Source: Candidatus Latescibacterota bacterium (GTDB taxonomy: Bacteria; Latescibacterota; UBA2968; UBA8231). Taken from it: a stretch of DNA of 64,000 bases. Every line of letters starts with the position of its first letter. The stretch's first letter is position 1. Shown here piece by piece: positions 18,807 through 26,812 of this stretch. The translations under genes and the position numbers were made by a program. The notes below the pieces were generated by a model. That model made no database searches. It was given only the letters and a program-made list of their open reading frames with translations, and was not told the DNA's origin. The stretch covers positions 5,312,001-5,376,000 of the forward strand of contig CBDETK010000013.1 of NCBI GenBank assembly GCA_965242865.1, written 5' to 3'.

Positions 18807-19689
18807 AAAAAACTTGACGCCTTATTACTTTTTGCTGCCGGCCCTGCTGGTCTTGGCGGTGGTCATCCTCTACCCGGTGTTCAGCAATCTGATCATGAGC
18901 CTGCACAAGGTGAAGCTCTTTCGCGGAGCCGGCGACGAGTTCATCGGCCTGACCCACTACGCCAAGCTCCTCGGCAGCCGCACCTTTGTCAACAGCATCT
19001 GGAGTTCGGTGCGCTTTACGCTCTACTCCCTGCCCCTGGCCTTCGTCTTGGGCTTGGGCATGGCCTTGATTTTCAACGAGATTCGCAAGTATCGGCCGGT
19101 CTTTACCGGGTTTTTGCTCATCCCTTGGGCCATCGCCCCGGTCGTAACCGGCTATATGTGGCGCTGGCTCTTCCACGACAGCTTTGGGCTGGTCAATCAC
19201 CTGTTGTTGAGCCTCGGCTTCATCGACGCCAATATCCCTTGGCTGGCGCAGCCGGACGCGGCCCTCGGCGCGGTGGTGGTGGCCAATGTTTGGCGCTTCA
19301 TGCCTTACATCACCATCATGCTGCTGGCGGGTTTGCAGGGGGTTTCGGCTGAGCTGTACGAGGCCGCGCACGTCGATGGGGCCAATGTGTTCGCGCGCTT
19401 CTTCCACGTGACCCTGCCCCAGCTCAAACACGTGATCGGCGTAGTCTTTCTCTTCGCCACGATTTGGATGGTCAACGACTTTGCCCTGATCTTCATAATG
19501 ACCGAGGGCGGCCCGGCCAAGGCCACGCAGGTGGTGCCGATCACGGTCTATCGCATCGCCTTCGAGCACCTGCGGCTCGGCAAGGGCGCGGCCGCGGCCC
19601 TCATCCTGCTGCTCTTTTTGCTGGCCATGAGCATCGTCTTCATCCGCGTGCTCTTCCGCGAGGAGAAGCGAGGGGCGGATGCGCGTTAA
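18796..19689 (+). CDS. Sugar ABC transporter permease
   Basis: EAA loop ELYEAAHVDGA, transmembrane segments, GGP motif. Confidence 0.9.
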   Translation: MITRKNLTPYYFLLPALLVLAVVILYPVFSNLIMSLHKVKLFRGAGDEFIGLTHYAKLLGSRTFVNSIWSSVRFTLYSLPLAFVLGLGMALIFNEIRKYRPVFTGFLLIPWAIAPVVTGYMWRWLFHDSFGLVNHLLLSLGFIDANIPWLAQPDAALGAVVVANVWRFMPYITIMLLAGLQGVSAELYEAAHVDGANVFARFFHVTLPQLKHVIGVVFLFATIWMVNDFALIFIMTEGGPAKATQVVPITVYRIAFEHLRLGKGAAAALILLLFLLAMSIVFIRVLFREEKRGADAR

Positions 19690-20518
19690 AACCCAAGCGA
19701 CGCTCCGCGCCTATCTCGCCTACGGCCTAGGCTCCGTCTTTGTGCTCGCGCTGGTGATGCCCCTGATCTGGGTGGTGACCACGTCCATGCGCCCCCTGTC
19801 CGAGATGACGCAGACGCCCCCCTTAGTCTTTCCGCGCTCCCTCACCTTGAACGCCTACGTCGAGATGTGGGACACTGGGCCGTTTGTCAAATACTTTGCC
19901 AACAGCGTGGCGATTTCCCTTTCGACCGCCCTCATTGCCCTCGCGTTTAGCGTCTGCGCGGCCTACGCCTTTGCCCGCTTCCGCTTTCGCGGCAACACCT
20001 TGTTGCTAATGATAGTGGTGATGTCGCAAATGCTGCCCGGCTCGTCGATCCTCATCCCGCTCTTTCAGGTGATTCGCTCGCTCGGCTTGCTCGACACGCA
20101 CGTGGGCATGGTGCTGATCTACACGGGCTTTGCCATCCCCTTTTGCACTTGGCTGCTCAACGGCTATTTTCGCGCCATCCCCACCGACCTGGAGCAGGCC
20201 GCGCTCATCGATGGCTGCAATCGCCTCCAACTGCTCTACCGCATCGTCTTGCCGCTGGCCGCGCCGGCAATCGTAGCGGTGGGGACCTTTGCGTTTTTGC
20301 TTTCGTGGAATGAATTCTTGTTCGCCTTTGTGTTCACCAAGTCCCAAGCCCTGACCATTCCGGTGGGGCTGCGCGCCGCGTTTTTGGGGCAATACGTCAA
20401 CAAATACGACCAGCTGTTCGCCGCGTCGCTGATCTTTAGCCTGCCGCCCATCGCGCTCTTCGTGGGATTGCAACGCTACTTTGTGCAGGGACTGACGGCT
20501 GGGGCTGTCAAGGGATAA
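19679..20518 (+). CDS. Carbohydrate ABC transporter permease
   Basis: EQAALIDG, WNEFLFA, ends GLTAGAVKG. Confidence 0.9.
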   Translation: MRVKTQATLRAYLAYGLGSVFVLALVMPLIWVVTTSMRPLSEMTQTPPLVFPRSLTLNAYVEMWDTGPFVKYFANSVAISLSTALIALAFSVCAAYAFARFRFRGNTLLLMIVVMSQMLPGSSILIPLFQVIRSLGLLDTHVGMVLIYTGFAIPFCTWLLNGYFRAIPTDLEQAALIDGCNRLQLLYRIVLPLAAPAIVAVGTFAFLLSWNEFLFAFVFTKSQALTIPVGLRAAFLGQYVNKYDQLFAASLIFSLPPIALFVGLQRYFVQGLTAGAVKG

Positions 20519-20530
20519 GGAGTCTTCGCT

Positions 20531-22105
20531 ATGCGTTTTTTTAATACGAGCGGTCCGGTCGTCGCCGACGATCACTACTGCATCCCGCCGTTGGAGCGGC
20601 TAAACCTTGCCGAGGTGCGCCGGCTCATCCGCGACAAACGCTACTTCATTCTGCATGCGCCGAGGCAGACGGGCAAGACCTCGGCTCTGCTGGCTCTGCG
20701 CGACCTGCTCAACGCCGAAGGGAGCTACGGCTGCGTGTACGTCAACATCGAGGGGGGACAGGCCGGGCGAGAGAATGTGGAACAGGTGATGCGCACCATC
20801 TTGGGCGAACTGACCTCTTGGGCGAGCTCGACGCTGGGCGACGAGTTTTTGGATTCCATCTGGCTCGATATTTTGGCTAACTATGGTCCGCACAGCGCGT
20901 TGCGCGAGGCCCTGACGCGCTGGTCGGCGGCGGCACCAAAGCCGCTGGTGCTGCTGATCGACGAAATCGATGCCCTGATCGGGGATTCGCTGCTGTCGGT
21001 GCTGCGTCAGTTGCGGGCGGGCTACGTGCGTCGGCCTGGAGCGTTTCCCCAGAGCGTGGTGTTGTGCGGGGTGCGCGACGTGCGCGATTACCGCATTCAA
21101 TCGACGGTCGAGAACGCGATCATTGCCGGCGGCAGTGCGTTCAACATCAAGGCGCGGTCGCTGCGTCTGGGCGACTTTTCCCGCGAAGAGGTGTCCACCT
21201 TGCTCGGTCAGCACACTGAAGAGACCGGCCAAGCGTTTACCGCCGAGGCACTGGAGACGGTCTGGACGCAGACCCAAGGGCAGCCGTGGCTGGTCAACGC
21301 GCTGGCCGACGAAGCCTGCTTTTACGGCGTCGCCCAAGATCGCCAGCACCCGGTCGCGGCCGAGGCCATTCTCGCCGCGCAAGAGCAACTCATCCTGCGG
21401 CGCGAGACCCATCTCGACCAGTTGGCCGATAAGCTCAAGGAGGAACGGGTGCGCCGGGTGGTCGAGCCGTTGCTGAGCGGCGGCGAGCAGCGCCGCTTTG
21501 TGGACCGCGATTTGGAGTACGTGCGCGATCTGGGGTTGGTCGCGCAAGATCGTCCACTCCGCATTGCCAATCCGATTTACGCCGAGGTCGTGCCGCGCGA
21601 ACTGACGTGGGTCGTGCAAGAGGAGTTCGATCAAGAAACCGCGTGGTACGTGGATAGCGAAGGAGGTTTGGATGTGGGCGCACTGCTGTCGGCGTTCCAA
21701 GCATTCTTCCGCGAGCACTCCGAGCACTGGGTCGAGCGGTTCGAGTACAAGGAAGCCGGGCCGCAGCTTCTGCTGCAAGCCTTTTTGCAGCGCATCGTCA
21801 ACAGCGGCGGTCGCATCGAGCGCGAATACGGCTTGGGTCGGATGCGGACGGATTTGCTCATTGTATGGCCGCACGGGGAGCAGACGCGCCGGTTCGTGGT
21901 CGAGTGCAAGGTGCTGCACCAGAGCTTGGAGCAGACCATGGCCGAAGGGGTGGAACAGACCGCCGGATACGTCGATCGCTGTGGGGCCGAGGCCGGTCAT
22001 CTGGTGATTTTCGACCGCCGCGAAGGTCGGCGTTGGGCGGACAAAATATTTCGCGACCACCGCACCGCAGCCAGCGGAGTAGAAATCGAGATTTGGGGAA
22101 TGTAA
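20531..22105 (+). CDS. AAA-like ATPase with C-terminal PD-(D/E)XK nuclease-like domain (paralog of 15826-17406)
   Basis: MRFFNTSGP, APRQTGKTS, LIDEID and RTDLLI..FVVECK; colinear with the minus-strand copy. Confidence 0.85.
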   Translation: MRFFNTSGPVVADDHYCIPPLERLNLAEVRRLIRDKRYFILHAPRQTGKTSALLALRDLLNAEGSYGCVYVNIEGGQAGRENVEQVMRTILGELTSWASSTLGDEFLDSIWLDILANYGPHSALREALTRWSAAAPKPLVLLIDEIDALIGDSLLSVLRQLRAGYVRRPGAFPQSVVLCGVRDVRDYRIQSTVENAIIAGGSAFNIKARSLRLGDFSREEVSTLLGQHTEETGQAFTAEALETVWTQTQGQPWLVNALADEACFYGVAQDRQHPVAAEAILAAQEQLILRRETHLDQLADKLKEERVRRVVEPLLSGGEQRRFVDRDLEYVRDLGLVAQDRPLRIANPIYAEVVPRELTWVVQEEFDQETAWYVDSEGGLDVGALLSAFQAFFREHSEHWVERFEYKEAGPQLLLQAFLQRIVNSGGRIEREYGLGRMRTDLLIVWPHGEQTRRFVVECKVLHQSLEQTMAEGVEQTAGYVDRCGAEAGHLVIFDRREGRRWADKIFRDHRTAASGVEIEIWGM

Positions 22106-22145
22106 CCGTAGGGCCGGCCCCCGTCGGCCCCCGTGCCGGCCCCCG
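22106..22145 (+). repeat. GTAG-type REP-like palindrome with internal duplication
   Basis: CCGTAGGGCCGGCCCCCGTCGGCCCCCGTGCCGGCCCC; related to 432-459. Confidence 0.55.
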
Positions 22146-22177
22146 TCATTTGTATGTTGCGGTCGGGTTTCCGATTG

Positions 22178-22231
22178 GCCACTCCCGCGAAAGAACGTTG
22201 CCCCGTGTTTTGACCCGGGGCGGGAATCCAG
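22178..22231. repeat. CTCCCGCG..GCGGGAATCC palindromic repeat interrupted by a nested hairpin
   Basis: CACTCCCGCGAAA [GAACGTTGCCCCGTGTTTTGACCCGGG] GCGGGAATCCAG, the same core as inside the MITEs. Confidence 0.55.
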
Positions 22232-22243
22232 ACAGACAACCTA

Positions 22244-24565
22244 ATGCCTTGGGTTAATCGCTCCTCTCTGCTGTATCCCCGCCTGCTCACCACCCTGTGG
22301 AGCGGCGGCGCGGTGCTCTGGCTGGCCGGCGCGCTCTCAGCCGAGTCGCTCCGCTTTGACGCGGCCCGTGAGTGGCAAACGTGGCCCTTGCCGCTGGGCA
22401 TTGTCGCGCTCGACGACGCTGGAGTCATCCGCCCGGTCGAAATCCGCAAAAACCCCGACCCGGTGCGCGATGCTGTCGCCTTTGGCGGCGGGATTCACGC
22501 GGCCGGTTCCAACGCGCTGGCCGCCGCGCGGGCCATAGACGGAAACCGGCAAACCGGCTGGCGTCCCAACTGGGCCGACGCTGTGGACGACTGGTGGATC
22601 GAAATCGACTTGGGCCGAGCCGTGGCCGCGCGCCGAGTAGCACTGACCTTTTTGGCAGGGGCGTCGCCGTGCGCGCTGTTCGACGTGTTGCTTTCCACTG
22701 GGGAGCCAGCCATCGACGTAGTTGGCAATCCCATTGCAGGCAGCCTCGTGTACCGCGTACAGGAACGCTTCAAGGAAAACCAACGGCCGCAGGTCGCGCT
22801 GGAGCTAGACCCGGTGCGCGACCCGTTTGTGCAATTCATTCGCGTCGAAATGCTCGACTGTGGGGCGGACACCGCGCTGGCCGAGGTCGCGGTCGAAGCT
22901 GTCGGCGATAACCTCGCCTTGGGGCTGGCGGACAAGGGCGGGGGCTTGGAGCTCATCGTCGATATAGATGGCTTTGGCGACGCCGCGTCGTTTGCCAACG
23001 TGCGACCGCTGGCCGACGGCCGCTTTTCCCTGTGGACGGAAAACCGCCGCATCAACCGCTCGGTGGATGTGATCTCGCGCATGACGTTGGACTTGGGCGC
23101 GGTCTTTTGGGTGGATTTAGTGCGGATCGTCGGGGACTTTTTGTCGCGGCCCGGGCAATTCCGCTTCAACTTCGACCGCTACGAGGTGCTGACCGCCGAT
23201 GGGTCGCTGGCGCCCGATGGCACGCGGATATGGCACCGGCAATTCGCCGGCCAAGCCACCACGTCCAATCGCCAGCTCGGGATCGCCAACCACCACTTCG
23301 CTCCGTTGGTGACGCGCTACGTGCGAGTCGAATGGGTGTTTTGGGACGCGGCCTGCGCGGCCGCTTGCGTGGGGTGCGGCATTGTGCCGCCCTGCCAGTT
23401 TTGGGGCGGCACGCGCGAGTTGCAGGTCTTTGGCGAAGGCTATCCCCAGCGGGTGGTGTTGCCCTCGCCCCTCATCGACTTGGGCGGCGACAAACAGGTC
23501 CACGCAATCGGCTGGCAGGCCGACGCGCCCGCTAAGACGCGGGTGGAGGTCCGCAGCCGCACTGGCAATGACCTGCAAATGGACATCACGTACCACGACA
23601 AAAACGGCCGGGTCGTTTCCGAGCGAAAGTACAACAAGCTCATCCCGTCCTTTAAGGGCCGGATCGACACCGCGCTTTCCCCGGGGGCCGATTGGAGTCC
23701 GTGGAGCAAGCTGTACTTGCAGCCGGGCGAACCGTTCGCGTCGCCCTCGCCGCGCCGCTACGCCGAATTGGAGGTCGCCTTGGTGTCTGAGCGGCCGGCT
23801 GCGGGGGCGGCCTTGGATTGGCTGGAGCTCGAGTTCGGCGACCCAGTGGCGCACGCGGTGGTCGGGGAGATTTTTCCGGTCGAGGTGCCGCCGGGGGAGC
23901 GGACCGAGTTTGCCTATTACATTCGCCCGCAGCAGGTGGCCGGTCGCGGCTTTGACCGCTTGGCGGTGGAAAGCTCCGCGCCGATTAAGTTTGTGGCGGT
24001 GTTGGTGGAGGGCGAAGCGGTGGAAGCAACGGCCGAGCGCACGGCCGAAGGGATGACTGTCGCCTTGGCCGCGCCGGTCAAGAGCCGCCAACTCGTGGAG
24101 TTGCGTTTTGCCGGGACTGTGTTTGTCGATGCCACGCGCTTTGACGCCTTTATCGCCCAAGGCCCGGTGCGGCAGCGAGTGGAAGCCGGCGATGCGTCCG
24201 CCGCAGTCGCCAGCAGCACCAATGCGGTGCGATTGCCCGTGGGAGCGCGGCTGTTGGCCAACGTGTCCATGGGGCCGCTGGTGCTGACCCCCAACGGCGA
24301 CGGGATCAACGACGCCCTGCAAGTGGAGTTCGACTTGGTCAATATCTTGGCCGCCCGCTCGATCGGCCTGCGGATTTTCGATTTGGCGGGGCGGTTGGTG
24401 TGGGTGCGGGCCGAGGAGGGCCGGGCCGGAGGGCGGGCTTGGGCTTGGGATGGCCGAGGGCAGTGGGGTGCGCCGGTGAGGCCGGGGCTGTACATCGCAG
24501 AATTGCGCGTTGAGGGGGACGAGCAAAGCTACGGTCGGCGGCGCGTGGTCGCGGTGGCGTACTAG
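22244..24565 (+). CDS. Secreted discoidin-like domain protein with FlgD/TPNGD C-terminal domain (paralog 1, subtype A)
   Basis: Signal peptide, AIDGNRQTGW..WWIEIDLG, WSPWS, TPNGDGIND..IFDLAGR..WDGR..PGLY, ends VAVAY. Confidence 0.8.
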   Translation: MPWVNRSSLLYPRLLTTLWSGGAVLWLAGALSAESLRFDAAREWQTWPLPLGIVALDDAGVIRPVEIRKNPDPVRDAVAFGGGIHAAGSNALAAARAIDGNRQTGWRPNWADAVDDWWIEIDLGRAVAARRVALTFLAGASPCALFDVLLSTGEPAIDVVGNPIAGSLVYRVQERFKENQRPQVALELDPVRDPFVQFIRVEMLDCGADTALAEVAVEAVGDNLALGLADKGGGLELIVDIDGFGDAASFANVRPLADGRFSLWTENRRINRSVDVISRMTLDLGAVFWVDLVRIVGDFLSRPGQFRFNFDRYEVLTADGSLAPDGTRIWHRQFAGQATTSNRQLGIANHHFAPLVTRYVRVEWVFWDAACAAACVGCGIVPPCQFWGGTRELQVFGEGYPQRVVLPSPLIDLGGDKQVHAIGWQADAPAKTRVEVRSRTGNDLQMDITYHDKNGRVVSERKYNKLIPSFKGRIDTALSPGADWSPWSKLYLQPGEPFASPSPRRYAELEVALVSERPAAGAALDWLELEFGDPVAHAVVGEIFPVEVPPGERTEFAYYIRPQQVAGRGFDRLAVESSAPIKFVAVLVEGEAVEATAERTAEGMTVALAAPVKSRQLVELRFAGTVFVDATRFDAFIAQGPVRQRVEAGDASAAVASSTNAVRLPVGARLLANVSMGPLVLTPNGDGINDALQVEFDLVNILAARSIGLRIFDLAGRLVWVRAEEGRAGGRAWAWDGRGQWGAPVRPGLYIAELRVEGDEQSYGRRRVVAVAY

Positions 24566-24572
24566 TGCTTTT

Positions 24573-24666
24573 GTGGATTCCCGTTTTCACGGGAATGACC
24601 CCTCCTAGCCAAAAAAGACGGCGTCGATGAACATTCCATGTTTTCAAGTCACTTAGGACTGCTATA
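24573..24666 (-). mobile_element. Second, one-ended copy of the MITE-like element
   Basis: The reverse complement TATAGCAGTCCTAAGTGACTTGAAAACATGGAATGTTCATCG...GTCATTCCCGTGAAAACGGGAATCC matches 6287-6376. The other terminal repeat is not recognisable. Confidence 0.8.
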
Positions 24667-24902
24667 ATCGCGCTAACCTGCCGATCGGTTGAGGCACCGA
24701 ATTCACGGCCAACCTCGTCGGCTGCAAGGTACTCACCCGGCAAAGACGCAGTCAAGCGCGTACCGGGGAATCGGGACCGTTCAATCTGCTCGCGCCGATT
24801 GCGACAGCCGAGCCGCGACGCGCCTCCTCTGACGGCCGATTGCAAGACTGTAAATAGCTATTTGTAAACGGTTTATTGCTTTTATCATTCCTCGCGCCGT
24901 AC

Positions 24903-24953
24903 TGACTGGCCAGTCAAAAAAGACTTGAAGTTTTTGCGCCAGCGTCATAAATT
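24903..24953 (+). promoter_or_regulatory. Putative sigma-70 promoter with adjacent perfect palindrome
   Basis: TGACTGGCCAGTCA (24903-24916), then TTGAAG-N17-TAAATT (24925-24953). Confidence 0.5.
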
Positions 24954-25079
24954 ACCGCCCTCGCTAACCTGTGTAATTAGGTTGATTCACAAGCGGCGCG
25001 GAGCGCGTCTTTCCGCGCCCATCCTACCGTCTCCCTGCGGCCAAAGGGCGCAGCAGAGACATGAACGAGAGGAGATCTC

Positions 25080-25985
25080 ATGCACTATAAAGCAGTTCTC
25101 AGCACCATAGCCCTCGGCACTGTGCTGCTAGCAGGTTTCGTGGCTCCGGTAGCGGCATACGAAAACTGCAACGGCGTTGGCTACTTTGCCCTGCAGGTGC
25201 CAACCCCAGCAGCCATGAACCCCGATGGCGACGACAGCGACTGGGCGTGGTACGATCCCGACTTCATCATCGGTCGCGACCAACTGTGCGACGTGATCGG
25301 GGAAGGCGAGTTTCCAGCGCGCAGCGACCTCGACATCGCTCACCACGTTGGCTGGACGCCCGAGCCGGACAATCGTCTCTACGTCTTTACGCGCGTCGTT
25401 GATGACACCCTGAACGCGGACGTCACCGAGCCGAACGATGGTTGGCACGACGACGACCTCGAGCTGATTCTGGATCCCGATCACGGGGTGTGGACCGAGG
25501 CACCAGACGCCCTCCGCACCGGACACCAGCAGTGGACCTTTCACTACGCTCGCCCCGGCGGCTACCCCCTCGTGTCTTTTCTGCGCTGGAACCAGCCGGC
25601 CGAGATGCAGTGGGGGCCCGAATCGGGCGCAGTAGAGGGGGCGGTCGTGGTCTCGCCAGCGGGGGCCGGGCACTTGTCCACCGACGTGACAGTGAACTAC
25701 GAGGTTCGCATGGAGGCCTACGACCCGTACCAGCCGGATGGCCGCGACGCAAGCGTCCGCTGGGTCTTTGAAGCAGGCCAGACGATTGGTATGTCCCTGA
25801 GCCTCAATGAGGCCGACAGTGGAGGGCGCACCCACCAGATCACGACGCACATCCAAAACGGCGGTGCCCATAGTTCGGAGTTCTCTTCCGAGTTCACCTT
25901 GCTCAGCACCGATGAGTATGCCGCTGCTACGACCACGTCCGTCGAGGGGAGTAGCTGGGGCGCAGTGAAAGCGTTGATGCGGTAA
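25080..25985 (+). CDS. Secreted CBM9-like protein with C-terminal SWGAVK motif
   Basis: RBS GAGGAG, signal peptide, DGDDSDW, RLYVFTRVVDD, DDLELILDPD, ends TSVEGSSWGAVKALMR. Confidence 0.8.
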   Translation: MHYKAVLSTIALGTVLLAGFVAPVAAYENCNGVGYFALQVPTPAAMNPDGDDSDWAWYDPDFIIGRDQLCDVIGEGEFPARSDLDIAHHVGWTPEPDNRLYVFTRVVDDTLNADVTEPNDGWHDDDLELILDPDHGVWTEAPDALRTGHQQWTFHYARPGGYPLVSFLRWNQPAEMQWGPESGAVEGAVVVSPAGAGHLSTDVTVNYEVRMEAYDPYQPDGRDASVRWVFEAGQTIGMSLSLNEADSGGRTHQITTHIQNGGAHSSEFSSEFTLLSTDEYAAATTTSVEGSSWGAVKALMR

Positions 25986-26012
25986 GCAGGAAGCCGTCAT
26001 TTTTTGTTGCCC

Positions 26013-26048
26013 AAGGAGGGAGGACCGTCCTCCCTCCTTAATTTTTTT
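26013..26048 (+). terminator. Intrinsic terminator
   Basis: Long perfect inverted repeat AAGGAGGGAGGA..TCCTCCCTCCTT followed by AATTTTTTT. Confidence 0.8.
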
Positions 26049-26088
26049 ACTTTTCTAAACCCATCCCGACCGGCGTGGAGAGCTCGTT

Positions 26089-26811
26089 TTGCGAGTGCTT
26101 TGTACCTGCCTACTGATCTTGGTTGCGTCCGGCTGTGGGCGCTACTTCCCCGGGCCTCTCCAGCCCAAACCCGGGGCCGAGCAGGGCGAACACATGGTGG
26201 TCCACGACGACGGATCCGTAGCGTACGTCTTTGAGCGGCTCGATATCGCGCTCCGCCCGATGACGGACGCCGAGCTCAACCGCAACTTTGCCACGACGTC
26301 GGCCAACGGAGCACAATCCACCAACCCCTTCACCTTTGGCGACTGGACCCCTCCGGGCGAGTCATTTACGCCCCAGCGATTCACCGTATTCCTGCTTAGG
26401 GTCAAGAACTATGCGTATCCTAAGGTCAAGATCGATCCGTCGCGGATTGAGTTGCAGTCCGCCAGCGAGCGTTTGTACAAGCCCCTGACATTTCTCGAAA
26501 TCAGTGAATACTACCGGGCGTATGCGTTGGCTTGGGCCGGAAACTACTATGCGCGCATGCGCGAGCGCGAGGATCTGCTGCGTCTCCATCTGTATGCCGA
26601 CGAGATGATTTTCAGTGGCCAAGAGTACGAAGGCTTTCTCGTATTTCCGCCCATGCCCCCGGACGTGACCGAGTTGTCCGTTCAAATCAACGATGTGGCC
26701 GTGCGCTTCAACTACGCGGACGAGCCGGTGGAGACCCTAGTGCTGACCTACGGCTTCCAACGCGACGTCTTTAGGGGCTACCAGCCACCCGCCGCCGTTT
26801 CGGCACGCTGA
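26089..26811 (+). CDS. Hypothetical lipoprotein
   Basis: Lipobox VASGC and a beta-rich FTVFLLRVKN..EGFLVF segment; abuts the next gene. Confidence 0.75.
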   Translation: MRVLCTCLLILVASGCGRYFPGPLQPKPGAEQGEHMVVHDDGSVAYVFERLDIALRPMTDAELNRNFATTSANGAQSTNPFTFGDWTPPGESFTPQRFTVFLLRVKNYAYPKVKIDPSRIELQSASERLYKPLTFLEISEYYRAYALAWAGNYYARMREREDLLRLHLYADEMIFSGQEYEGFLVFPPMPPDVTELSVQINDVAVRFNYADEPVETLVLTYGFQRDVFRGYQPPAAVSAR

Positions 26812-26812
26812 C

